The position numbers and the translations under genes were made by a program. A stretch of DNA of 64,000 nucleotides, from positions 13,888,001 through 13,952,000 of the forward strand of contig OZ059897.1 in assembly GCA_964057225.1 (NCBI GenBank), read 5' to 3'. Each line of letters begins with the position of its first letter. The first letter of the stretch is position 1. The DNA comes from Auanema rhodensis. Taxonomy: Eukaryota > Animalia > Nematoda. The notes under the pieces are model-generated. The model was not told where the DNA came from, did no database searches, and saw nothing but the letters and a program-made list of their open reading frames with translations. Of the stretch, positions 1-13,868 are shown one piece after another.

Positions 1-3000
1 ACACAATCAGTAACCAGACACAAGATGAAGCAATTACTGCTTGCCGTAGTTTTTATTGACAACGACCTTTGTTTACTATTAATGTTTTATTTAGTTTATA
101 TGATTAGATTTTCATATAATATCAATTAAGATATTGAATTAACTATAATCACTAAACCATATAGTTTTCTTTGACTAAGTGAAACTTGGAAAAACTTCAT
201 AGAATATAAACAAAATATAATTTGGAACTGGTATGGTACATTTCTAATATAGTGTAAAATCTTCAATTTATAAAACAAACTTTTACAGTTTGTTTAAACT
301 TGTCGCTTTTCATAAAGAAATTGAAGAAATAGCCTAGAAGTCCAAAAATTGTGTTCATGATTCACAAGACAAAAATGAGCTTCTTAAGTACGTTTTTGAA
401 TTTTTTTATAAAATTAATGAACTGAAGCTTCAACTTACACATGTGCATATGTAAGTTTCGGTAATTTCAGTAAAAGCCATACTAATCTATATTTAAGAAT
501 TCTATAATCTAACTTAGTCACTTGATTTGAAATAGTTCTGTTTTGATGTTATTGATGAATACATGATATCTGGTAGCCTATCGAAAACTGGATTCTTATC
601 CTTAAGAGAATGATATGATGTCAATAACGACTTCATGATGGTCCCTTCAGTATATCTTCAAATAAAAAAATTTATGGAAATCAGCGTGAAATAGGATAAT
701 TCAACGTTTGAAATACTGCAAAGGCTTGGATGACTATGATGTTAAGAATTGCAATGGAAATGGAAAGAAAGAGTAGATGAATGATGGTGATGAAGAAAAA
801 GACAATGAGGAAAGAGACAAGGAGCATGATGATTATGAAGGAATAAGAGACGTCGTCAAGACGAAATAAAGAAGAAGAAGGCGACGGGAAAACAGGAACG
901 ATGTCTCGTGAGAGAACTATCTGTTGGCATGGCAGAATTTCTTGATGAAACATGATCTGAGTTCTATTGCCTATTTGAGGAAATAGAAGAATGGACCGAA
1001 GCACTATCCGATAGCTTCAACATATGTTGCTCAGAATGAATAGATAGAGTAAAGCTATGGAAGAGCGCGTGAGTCCATCATAAATATGAAAAAATGTGAA
1101 TAGAAATATAAAAAAAATATTTTCAATATGAAACATAGAGTGTTGATATTGTAAATTGACAACTTCTATGTACATACATATGAAGCACAAAAATATGAAA
1201 TTCCTATATAGCAAAGTATAACAGGAGAGAGAAAATGTTGAAAATACTTTTTGAACATTGAGTTAGTGAGGTGAAACTTAAATTATGTTCAAAACAAAAG
1301 AAAAGCGAAACATAAGGCTATAACATAGACGACCAGAGCAGAAAGCAAAACTGTATACTAGAAACTCTATGAGCTTCCAAGAGGGGGGGGAGGTGAATGT
1401 TTTCTAACGCCCAACAAGCTTTCAGGTTAATCGACTGGTAAGGCAATGTTTATGCGGAAAGAAATTGGGAGATTTGTTGCATTTACCCAAAAACTCTCTA
1501 TTCACATATGACATATGATTTTTCTGGCTCATTAACATTTTCATTCAATCGTATATCAATGCTACCGTGAACGTGTCGCTGTCATCGATGTCTTTCGTGT
1601 AGCTCATCATCGTCGAAACCTAGTAATCATCAAGTCACGCCATTGTATATCCTTCTACAGAACAGAGATGAGCAGCCGTTAAGCACTGATTCATGTGTGT
1701 GATTCCAATGGTAAAATGAGGGGGATTTTGGAATTGTATGAATGACTAACAACATCTATCTGTGAGCACAAATTGATCTCACCAAAATAGGAATATTGAA
1801 GTCTGACGTACAGCAATATGAAATAAAAATACTGTGCATGGTGTGGAGAGAACAGACATAATATGACAAAGATACTAACACGCGAGATGTGAAATAGAAC
1901 ATGCTTCTCATTCTTTCGTTTCTTTTGATCTCTATCCCTCTATCTCTTATTTCTATATCTATATCTCATCACGTTGAAATTTGGGCAGAAATTGAGCAAT
2001 TCTGGTGAAGGATCAAGACATTCTGAATTAAAATGACAAAGATGCTATTTCTACTACAAAGATTTACTTGTGCGACTGAATAAAAAAAACTTCACACGAA
2101 TGCGGATGCAACGATTTGATTGTCAAGAACCTTAAATTCAAATAACAAGCTCAGTTTTTTACGGAGCGAATTTTTCAGAATTTTTAGGCAGCTTTTATGG
2201 ATTTTATATTTGGTAAAACAAATCGTTTAAGCGCTTGCCCCCCCCCCCTCCTACCACACCATCATTGACGTATTTTCAAAAGTCAAAGGGTAAACATTCA
2301 CAATATAGCAAACGAAATAGCATTTTTCATGGCAATTTCTCGAATGTGGTTTATCTGTAACATATCTTCCATGATTCAGATGCTGAGCTATTCTCTCTGC
2401 TTTTGTTTTCTCATGTTCATGATTTTGATACCTCTATTATTCATGTATTGATGTCTGTCTCAAATGAAGCTGCTTATTAGATTGAATAGAAATGAGGAAA
2501 AGCAAGTAAAAAATACTTTAAAAATGCTTTGTTGTTATGCTAAGGGTGTAGCATTCATCTTCATGTTTCGTGCTGTTTCAGTCATGCTTCATTGACCTAT
2601 CCAACAATCAAATGTAGGTGTTTAATGTCATGTCAGAGTAGCAAAGAACATTATAACACAAGCATTTTTCTATTATGTACTGAAATTATAAATGATTGAA
2701 TACCTATTATTTCAATACAATTTATAACACAGCTGTTTTCATAGTTTCAAAGATCTATAACAGTATGATCAAAACAGCTTAAGAATAAATTAAATACTAA
2801 ATCTATATTTAAAATTAAATAAAAATAAAAATAAATATATATATATATATAAATTATAAAATAAAGATTTATTTAAATGAAATAATATTTTGAATAAGCA
2901 ACCGATTACAGTCTGAATTCAAAAATATATGAAATCTGTCATTCTATTCGAATACTCTACTTTACGTGACACGTGTGATCATTAAAAACATATTTTATGT

Positions 3001-6000
3001 TAATTTCAGAATATGTTTAATATTAAAAACTTAAAATTTTCAATGAGCATTGTTTATCTTGAAGTACTCTTCACTTTGAATAAGCAATGAAACAAAAAAT
3101 ATAAGATATAGAGTACTTCTCTAGTATACTTGAAGTTAAAAAGAGCTTAAGTCTGAAGAAGTTTTTTTTCCTCATCCCTGTCTTCTATGAAATCTGTGAA
3201 AACTATAAGCGTATATCTTTGTTTCTTTTTTTTGCCTCTTTCTCTTCATGATGTTCTTAAGAAAGAAGAAATAAAGAGACAATTGAGTCGCCTTCTAGTC
3301 TCGTCGTCAGAATAACTTGAGAAAACGAAAACGGATAAAGACTAATTGACAAAACATAGTTAAGCAACACGTCGACTAATGGAAATACACTAATAAAACA
3401 AAAACTGTTAGTACCAACTAAGAACAATACAAGAATCCTTGCTTGGATATTTATGAAAATCGTAGAGCAGTCGACAACATCAGATTTTTCATATTAAAAG
3501 TGTGAAATGACAGGATGTTTCAAAAAAACAATTACTCATTATATAAAGAATATCAATCAAATCAAAAATATCAGATTTTTGATCTCAGTTTTACGAGAGT
3601 GTTGCCGAATATTGACGTACATTTTGAAACTTGAAACAGAGAATGAGTTAGAATGTTGGAAATCGGAAAGATTAAGAAGAAGCGACATGATGACAGATCA
3701 GTTTTCCTTTTGTTAAGATCAGCATATCATTTGTTTCGCTGATATGAAGAAGGAAAATAAGAAAAATGAAAGCAAGCAAAAGAAGAAGAAGATGGAGAAG
3801 AAATGGAGAAGAAAATCTAGAAAACTCAACTTATCCAGCAATTTTGTTCTCTTTTCTCTATAGTTTACTCCAAATTTTCAAACTAAAATATAAGATCAAG
3901 TATCGAAATAGACAAGAGACTTCAACAGGTGCATAGCGAGAATGAAGAAGATGATAGTGAAAGGGAAGAAGAGCTTGATTATGTTACTTTTTGCTGGTTT
4001 CATAGAAGAGTTCAAAATTGTATCTTGTTACAAGACATCTTATTTAACATTTTTTCTTGTACTTGTCTGGTATTTTAACAATCTTAAGTGTATTTGACAT
4101 ATTTTATCGTCATTCTGCATGCACTTGATAATAAATTGCATTTATATTTGGTTTAAATTCAAATATGTCGACCTTCTAATGTATTTATCCATCAAATTCT
4201 AACTCTAGTAACTCGTGTCTTTTGATTCAACAAAACAATATGAGCATTCAAAACCTGTCGAGAATTCAATCTTACAAGTATCTTACACCTTCAATAGTTT
4301 TGTGAATTTGTATACATAGATAAACACATTCTTTGAATTAAAAAGTCAAAAATGAAATATTTTTGCAGATACTTTTTTTCATTTTCAATTCAAACTCACA
4401 TTTAGAAAAATACATCATTGTGTCTAGAAAAAAAATCCAACCGAATATAGATAGAGAGAAAGAACCACACTATTGAACTAGTTGTTTCAGGATGATAGTC
4501 GGAAGTGGTCGTCGAATAATTAGTTACTCTTGAAAGAATGTTTTCTTCGTTTCGCAACCAATTTTCACGTATTTTTGTGAGGTGTAAGTTGCTAAATTTC
4601 GGCTTTACCAGAAGTCACTCAAAGCAATTTATAAGAAAATGCCTCAAAGAAAGTTCTGAACACAACTTGCAGAATATTATTCGATAATATGAATAACTTG
4701 TTTAGTGGAAATGTTGTCGACAAATAGCCTTTTCGCTTGACTTTAATACTGTTTCACTGCTAAAGTTCAAACGTAAAACTCTGGCAAGATTATGCAAATC
4801 TTATACATATGTAGAAGAAACCAACGAATATGCTTCACAGTTACAGGATTGAATGTTGTGGCTGAAGGGTTTAATAGGTTTAGCCCAATGCTACAACCGT
4901 ATGTAGTATGTGCTCTCCAGTATTCTGGCGGTTCCGCAGAAACGGAAAGAAGACGACACCGAAAGAAGAAAAAGGGCGGAAAAGGACAAGAACGAAACCA
5001 CACGAGTCACAGAGCCACCCAGTTAGCACAAGCTTTTCAAAAAATTTGAATATTGATGAAAATCAAGTAAGCTTGATGCTAAGTTGAGTTTAGAGAATTT
5101 TTTTCATTTGGGAAGAAGTTGCAAAGGATATAAGTTGATAGAAGAAGAGATGACAAGACGGCGACAATCTTATTAGATTATTTAAGCCATTCTACTTGTG
5201 TTATCCTTATTTGGCACAATTTGTCAGCCTTAATTGACCCCACAACTTAGTCAAAATCAGACTGCTTTGCGGTTGCCATCATTGACGTTTTCATTCTGGT
5301 AGTCCAACTGAACTAACGAATATTTGATTTTCTGATGCAATTTATCAGAAAAAAAAAATCTTTCTTGCAACTCTATGGCATTTTGTACAAGCTAGTATGA
5401 GATATACAAGAATATATCGCAAACATTCATATTCTGTTCGCTAACAACTTACTTCCTAACATGAAATCGGAGAAGCTTTTACGCATAGTCGTTGATTTTG
5501 GAGAATCCAAGTGAGTTGCCGAATTCATACAAGTCGTCTGTAAACATATCCTTTTTTTGTGAAAATTCTTAAATTTTCACAAAAAGCCAAGCAAATTACA
5601 CGTGTACAACACAGCACGAACTTCCTAAAAACCAACAATTGGCATGCATCCTAATATTAAAGCAGAGCATGTAGCATGTATGACTCATCTGGCCCACATC
5701 ATGTTACCAACTCAGGTAAGTTCTGAAGTCAGAAACGTAACGAAGATTAAATAATTAATCTTTTTCTTCAAAATAGTTTATGTACGGCCAGAAAAGCTTT
5801 AAACATAATATAACGAAGCACGATCATTATAAAAAAAATTCTTCTAACTATAGCCATAAGTGTAGAGAGCTGAATATCGGAAAGTATGAAACTTCCTTCT
5901 ATCGCTCTCTTCTCACTTTCTGCTCATTCTTCCTCTCTGTATCTCATTTTGCTATTTGCCTGTTTTCTATTTCCTTTTAAAGCTCTTTGTCGTTTAAATA

Positions 6001-6078
6001 CAAAGTGAAAGAGCCTAAGAGACGGCTAAGAGAAAGAGTGAGCCAAGCTGATAGACGACCAACAAACGGCATTCATAC

Positions 6079-6748
6079 TTGATTAATATTCTGCATCGTG
6101 TTGCTACAGCGGATCTTCTTGCCACCGGGGCTGCTCGTTATGCTCCTCTTTTCTCGAAGAATTTTTGGTAAAACACTCCGTACAGAATTACGATAGAATG
6201 GCTCCGAAAGTCCACGTAATACTTTCAGACGTAGTTCAGAATGTCGCGATGGTGATTCAGTATTAATAGTTAGTTTGCTATCAGCTGCATGAAGGGTACC
6301 GTTTTCAGTTGATTGGCACTCCGACAGGTTTGAAAACCTGCCCGAGATGTTATCAGGTATATCCAGAGACATCTGAAAGTCTTATCAGCAACATGTAATG
6401 AAATCTTTTCTTTCGAAATTAAGAAAAACTAAAGACAAGAGATATTATGAGTGAAATTGAATATGAATGAAATCAATATTCAGAGGAAATATATACAAAA
6501 GTTGTATTTGATTATAGCAAAATTGAAATGTTTAAAAATGAACGGCAAAAGAAAATAAGAAAATGAAGGAAAAAGAAACAATGAGAAGAAAGTCTTTCTA
6601 AACTAATCCCGGGTCAGTCTCTTTTTGGATTTGTTGAAGACATCAAAATAAACATCTCAAGTTTTAACTGAATGTTATAAAAAAAGCAAAAAAAATGCAT
6701 AGTTAAAAATAAAAAAAGCATAGATATACTATATGTATAAGTACATAC

Positions 6749-6796
<48 letters not shown>

Positions 6797-9700
6797 ATGT
6801 ATATGTGTGAAAATAGAAAATAGATATAAAGATATTTGAAAAAAAGCTGAAGAAAACTTTCATATGACGGTGCAAAATGTATATACATGTGCGTGAAGGA
6901 AGAAGACATAGAGAGAGAGAATAAAATGATGAAATGAGCGTATGAACGAGTTACAAGAGAAAGTTGAAAAAAAGTGAGGAAGGACACTAACTGAACTATG
7001 TAAATGGAAAGAATCGGAAGAAACGGCGAACGAAAATCTGCATATTTAGCTCATTTATCTCGTTGCCCTAAGGGATGCATGTGGGTTCAAAAAGAGGGAA
7101 ACGATTGTGCGCTGGACCTATAGAAGTCAAACATGTATTTTCTATTTTTTTTCCTTCTTTTAAGAACTATTTCATTGTATTTGTATGAAAAATTGGTTAA
7201 AAAGAAGGGCGAAATAAGCTAAAAAGTTGTTTGGTGGTCAAAATGACACTGGTCGCTGAAGTTAGGAAGTAGAATAGTCGTCGAAGTAATAAGACTACTA
7301 TGGAATCTCTTCATTTTTTTCTATTATATATAAAACATATCTATTAATTGATGCATGAAATAGAACAAAATATATTTCAATTTATTAGAAAAAAATAAAA
7401 AAATAAAATTATGTATGTGAATAAATAAGAAAAAAAATCGTTACACATGCATCGGATGTAATACTTATTCACAAAGTATGCGTAATTTTTAAAGCTATTA
7501 GAAATAGTAAAGAAAACAGTAAAATGTGAAATAAGGAGAACAAAAAGGTAAGTTGATTCATTTTCAGACAAAAAGTGCTTTATTTTAGTGCAGAATCACA
7601 GATGAATTACTAGAATATTTATGAATTTAAAGCCATTTACTATGTCTGAATAACCTTTAGTTATTTCACTGTTTTAATATTATACCAGAACATTAAGTTT
7701 ATTAAATTCAATAAAGAAATAAGTTGTACAATTTTTTAATATTAGAAACAAAATAAACTTGAAAATGTGATATATTTCCAAAAAAAAATCAGAGTACAAG
7801 TACTTTGAGCAAAATTTTTTCTTTCAACAATTATTAATATAATATGAGGTTTTTTGAAAATGTATACACAAACACATGTTCTAATGCTTTTCTTGACATT
7901 TCTTGCTAATTTTCAGACAAGGTAAGCTATTGGGTCAATATAGTAGGTTATACTACCACAACAAACGCATTTTTTTTGTTGTTGAAAATGAATGAATAAA
8001 ATGGATGAGTAGAAGAATTATTTTCCACCAAATTTCTGCAGAATATGGCCTAGTGAACAGAATATGTTGCAAAAAAGAAAAATCATTCGGTGTTCAGAAG
8101 TTTGAAAAAGCAAATATAATTCATAAAAATAAGAATAGAAGGTATAAGTTGGAGAACATTTTCTTTACGAATAGTAGAAATATCCCAAAAATGGCGATTT
8201 CCTCGAATAGATAACCAATGAACAATGATTTTAAAAAAAAAAAAGAAGAAAATATTGCACCAACTCATGACGTCAAGATAAAAGAAGTAGATAAGAAGAA
8301 GTGAATTTTTCCGATTTTCATGCAAAGATTTAGTACTTATATGCTTAAATGGTCCAGAAATAATTGAACTTATCTAGAAAGAATGCATTGCTCCACTCAG
8401 ATAAACCTACGTTTTTATTATTTTGGACCATAAAATACTTTAAGTAAAAACATAAAAAATTGAAAGAAAATTGAAGTAAAAGAAATGAGATGCAAGAATA
8501 TATTCAGTAAGCAACCATCTTAATTCTTTAAAAATCAAAAAAATGATAAATTACTGTTTTTAATTCTTAGAAGATTCACATAAAACTCTAAAACTTGAAA
8601 TATCTCTGAGCATATGTCATTATTATTCATTTGTTTTCTTCTATTTTTATTATTTAAAAAAGAAATATATTGAAAAATAGTATTAATTTAAACATAAAAT
8701 GTATTAAGTTAGAAACTGAGAGCATCTACATATGATATACTATGTGTATGTGCATCTTGTATACAACAATTTATAATATTGTTCAAAATAGTTTTGAAAA
8801 TCTAAAAGTAAACTCAGTGTATATACAAAAATAGCTCAAAAATTAACATTTCAAGCTTTTTATCTTAGAATCATAGTGAAATATCAAGAAAATGTCAAGT
8901 AAGGAGAAACAATGCATGTGAGGAGAACTATGACGTAAACGAGAGATGCCTCATGGGAAGAAGACGTAGTGCTCGGAATGTGGGCAAAGACTTCAGATGC
9001 GTGTCTAACAGACAACTGAAGAAAAGTCATAACCTAGCTATAAACACACCAAACTATTAGTAATAAATATAACAAAAATCAGTTTTTTTTGCGCAATTCT
9101 CTAATTTAGAAGTACATTTTGGCTTTAATGGGTAGTTATACACAAGTGAAGTGTTATGCCATTAACATCAATTGCTTTATCTCAATAATTCCCTGAGGAT
9201 TTTGAGATGTAAAGCAAGAAGCCACGATTCTCCCGGCTCTTTTAGGCCCAATTTTCAGCCATTTTTTACGGACATTTCGTATAAAATCAAGAATATTTTC
9301 TAATGAATATTGTTCGAAATTCCTTTTCTTGAAAAATATTGGAAATAAGCACATGACAGCCTATTCAAGTTTCTCAAACTTTGAAGCATAAGATAAAAAT
9401 CATGTAAAATAAAGAGAAAGGTCAAGATTCGTAAGATCTACAAGAATGGTGAAGTAATTGAAAATTATGATTTATTAATACATGAAAAGAATAAAAATAT
9501 GAATGTTAGGTCATTCGCCAAATTGGCTGACTGCCTCAACGGGTAGTTCAACTAATTATGAAAACTGGAACTGGGAGGGCATGGTTATTCGACCAATTTA
9601 GATGAAAGTTGGTTTGAAAGCTTCCAGCTAGAATTATTTTTTTGAATTTATAAGGAATAGTTTGAATTAAGTCTGAACGGAAAACTTAAACGATGAACAT

Positions 9701-12700
9701 CTTTCGGTCAAAGATGGTTGAACCAATCGAAGTTTGTTTAACATGTTGCTTCTATGAATCAAGAAGAGCCGAGCTTCATAATGAAGCTTTCCGGAAGCTT
9801 TCTTCACATCGTTCTCTTCCAGTTTCCTTCGACATCAATACATCACAGACATCCATATATGTATTTCGTTTCTTAGTTTTCTTTTTTTGTCTTCTTTATA
9901 AGGATTTAAGGAAATAAGCACTTGTAAGATAATATCAATCAAGTTTGGTAATATTTTATATTTTTAACCAAGTTTCCTTGTTTTTATATTTTAGTTACAT
10001 TTTAACATTATTTGAAAAAAATAATGATGTTTTTGTCTTTAACTAAAAAAAAGAAAATTATTAAAAGACTGACCTTTCTCCTTCTTTTGCAATTTCTTAA
10101 GAGCTGCTTCTTCTCTTTCCCTAAAATTGAGCCATATTTCAGACATTTTGTCTCACAAAAGCACCAACATTTTTTGATGTAAACCATAAAGCATTGAACG
10201 TAATCCCGGCTCATATTCTTTTGACTTCTTTGTGCTATTCTAAATATAAATTATTATATAAATTATGTGGTTTTAACTAAAACATAAAGCAAACTAAACT
10301 TAATAACAACAAAATAAAATAAAAAGTAATTTAAGATGTTGAACTACTTTGAAATGTAAAAAAAAATTAAAAATTAAGTGTAGGTTACATGCTGTTATTT
10401 TGAAAAAATAAATCAATTAATACAAACAGCTAGATGTTTGTATTAAAAAGAATAACATATACATTAAGTAGCCTTCAGTTTACCTTTGAAGCTCCTTGAA
10501 ACCATTTTAATACATTATCAAGGCTGTTTAATTTTCTTATATTCTGAAAGCTTATTAGAATATATAGATGAAAGTTATGGAATAGATATAGAAAATAGTT
10601 TGAATAACGTTATGTTAAGTGAAATTACTTTAAGTGTAGAGTTTATGTAAATATTTCTTACCATCCATATAGAAAGATGTAGTTTTAAAAACTTAGAAAT
10701 TATTAAAGAAATAGAAATTTATAGAAGTCATACTCATTCATATAAGAAGCATAGAAGTGGATTAAAATGTTCTACCAAAACAAATTTTACAAAATATACT
10801 TACCCTTGTTATTGTTGGTACTGTTTCAGATTGATCCATTCCTTCTACTGCTGATAATGCTCTATTTCGGCGGACACTTCGACGAGTTGCTGAATCTCTT
10901 CGTGAGACCTGAATAGACACTATTGAAAACGTTAAAACGTTTAAAAACAAACATGTCCATCAGGATTTAGAAAAGATGCATCTTCCGCTGATTCACCGTC
11001 GAGCTTGATGGTAACAGTAGCCATGTTCATAAATTGATTGACGTCAACAGGTGATGAAGCTTCAGATTCTGCCTGACTTTGAATTTCTGAAATAATTTAA
11101 ATTCATCACAAGATCAAGTTTAAAAATACATAAAAGGGGAATATAATATTCACAAGTATTTAACTTAAATATGTAAAAAAAAAGGTAAAAATCAGCTGAA
11201 TAAAGAGAGTTGTTCACAAAACAAATTGTTCCACTTTAGATTACGAAGTGAATGTATGCACAGCGAGAACAAAGAGATAATCATTACTTATCTCAATAAC
11301 CGTTATTGGAACTTCTAACTCCGACAGTTAGTGTAGTACTTATCAAAAACATAACTTTCAATTACTTTTTCTTATTAAAAAACAAAGAACTATTTAACAC
11401 AAAAAAAACTCAAATATTTTTATATCTCAAAAGAAAATCAAGTATTTTGAATGAATTGCTCTTGCTAATTATGTAATTAACGCGCGTACTGTATTTACTC
11501 AAATATGATTACTGTAATGCGACTAATGTGATTGGCGCCCATTTTTCGCGTTACGGTATTCAATTGAATTTTTCATTTTTCTTCTATACAGTATACTAAA
11601 TTTTGAAAAACGAAATAGTTAGTCTAATGAACAATATTCTTCAATTTATTTTTTAAACATATCTTCTGAGAAGTTCTAAACAGGCTAAAAGAAGACGACA
11701 AGAAAAGAATGTTTGACTCTTCTTTGTGTGTGTATGCGGTGAGCGTATGTGTGTGGTAGTTTCTCAACTATGAAAGCCAATCGTCTGAAGTGCTGGATAA
11801 ATATCTGACGGTGCTTCTTCTGGCTATCAGGAAAAATTTTTGAAAACAAAGTCAAAGAAGCTATGTAATAAGCGTATAATGACAATTGATTTTCTGAAAC
11901 GGGAGATTAAAGCCAATGTTGGAGTTCAGTGAAAAGAAATTAGACGTTTTTCGTTGAGACTATAAACGTTTTTGTATACAAAGACACAAAATTCGTGAGT
12001 ATAAGCTGAAAATATTCGGAAAAAAATAGTTTGAATATGATCACGATGTAAACGAGAAAGAAACGAAATTAAGAATCTTTAAGAATGAAACGAGAAATTG
12101 TTTGTTTTAGGACATAAGGTCATAGTTTTTTCATCTTACAAGCTTAAAATATATGACACTGCCTTGGTTATTACAAACACAGTTAATGCAGAGTAATTTC
12201 TGGATAATTTTGTTATGTCAGCTCATCAAAGTCAATATTTGGATGGAAAGTTTCCAAACTTTGTATTTATCTAAGCAAATGATTAAGACAGACTAGATTT
12301 ACAAGTTAGAGAAATTTTTAGAAAAACATTAAAAATTGAAGAGAAAGGGTAATAGGATTTAGAGATAAAGAAATATAGAGAGAGGATAGAAAAAGAGACA
12401 TGTAAAACGAAATTGATGAGAACCATGTAGAAAACTAGAGATAATATGATAAATCGAGAGAGAAAAAGAAAAAATGAGAAAAGGAATATCTTTTAACAAT
12501 GAATCATATCATGAAGGAATCAATATGAGCACAATGACACCAGAGGAACGGAAATTTGATCCAGCACAAAAAGTTTCCTTGAAACAGAAAATCTGTATAC
12601 TTCACTTCTCGAATCACATAGTTGAAGAAGATACAGGAAAAGCGAAAGAGATAGACAAAGCAGATATAGAAAGCCCACGTATAGTTAGGTGAAAAGTGTT

Positions 12701-13868
12701 AAAAACGGAGAAAGATAAGAGAATGATCAAGTTCACGACAGAACGGCCAAAAATTTTAAAAAGCCGGGCACGTTAAAGCGCAAGGCGTGAATAAGTATCT
12801 TGATTGTCATTGCTCGTCTAAAATATCAATTTTATCATAATGCTCTAAGCTTTTTTAAGTTTCAAAGAACATTTTAGAAACTTGAACTTTAGTTCCTGTA
12901 TACAAATGAGAACTTCCTTAATTTCTTACAATTGTTTAAAATAGAGTTCTAGGTAGTTCTGTCAGATTATATCCCGTTCAAATTTTCTAAATCAATTGTT
13001 GCATTACATGAAAAAGCTCGATCCCTACCACAATGTTGATTAATATTGATTATCAACATCAAGTAAATCAACAAAATCATCTATAATAGATTCGCAGGAA
13101 GTATAATGAATTTGTTTATAATGTGATAATCAATCTAACGTTTTTTTGTTTGTTTTCTTTTCAAAACTTTCATAAAAATAAATCACATTTTTTTTAATTT
13201 GAAAGAAAATAGGTGTAATGTTATCAATTTTATCTGATAATATTTTTTTTTCTATTAAAATGAATCGTTTGGTTTTTTTTATCAAAAAATGAACACGAAG
13301 CTTATCCTCAACATGCTCTAGATGCTTTTTCTTGTAGATTTTTCTACGTCAGAATAATTAATGAATTAAAATATAGAAGAGCTGAGTTTAATTAAACAAT
13401 AAACATGTCATGAAAACTCTATTTAATTAAAATAAAAATTATATAAAAGTAATAAAAATGAGAACTATTTTCCATATTCATGACATGATTAGTTTGTTAG
13501 TTGAAATATAATATGTGAACCTTGTAGTACTTAACAAATAAAAAAATTTTGTGGAAAAGAAATATACTAAGAATTAACTTGAAATTGAATAAGAAATTGA
13601 ATTGACATAAATATCCTCAGTATCGGGATAAGATAATATAGCAATAGAATTATATAATATACTTATATTCAAGATTATTATTATTATTGTTGAGAAACTA
13701 AAAAATGAAAATATCTTATTAACTGTATTTTTTTTTATTTTAAGAGTTTTATAATCAAAAATAATCGATATTTGCTTAAAACAGTGAAAGTAAGATTTAA
13801 ATTATCATACCGAGCGTAGGAGTACAATCGAAGCCTGGTGGCTCTGATTGTGCAGGTTCCACAAGCAT
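6079..13868 (-). CDS. 5' part of an unidentified multi-exon gene that continues beyond the left edge. Coding exons 13868-13811, 11086-10953, 10908-10804 and 6372-6079 (the last is internal or an alternative first exon)
   Basis: Exons have canonical acceptors/donors and compatible phases (1,0,0,0). Spliced: MLVEPAQSEPPGFDCTPTL-EIQSQAESEASSPVDVNQFMNMATVTIKLDGESAEDASFLNPDGH-VSRRDSATRRSVRRNRALSAVEGMDQSETVPTITR. Exon 6372-6079 begins TTTCAG|ATG and is open for 98 codons to a GTATGA donor. No domain recognised. Confidence 0.65.
6752..6794. repeat. (TA)n microsatellite
   Basis: About 21 uninterrupted TA units. Confidence 0.95.

Noticed and set aside
681-1004. 107-aa hydrophobic minus-strand ORF
   Set aside because: Low-complexity purine/pyrimidine-biased intronic DNA, non-ATG start, no splice support
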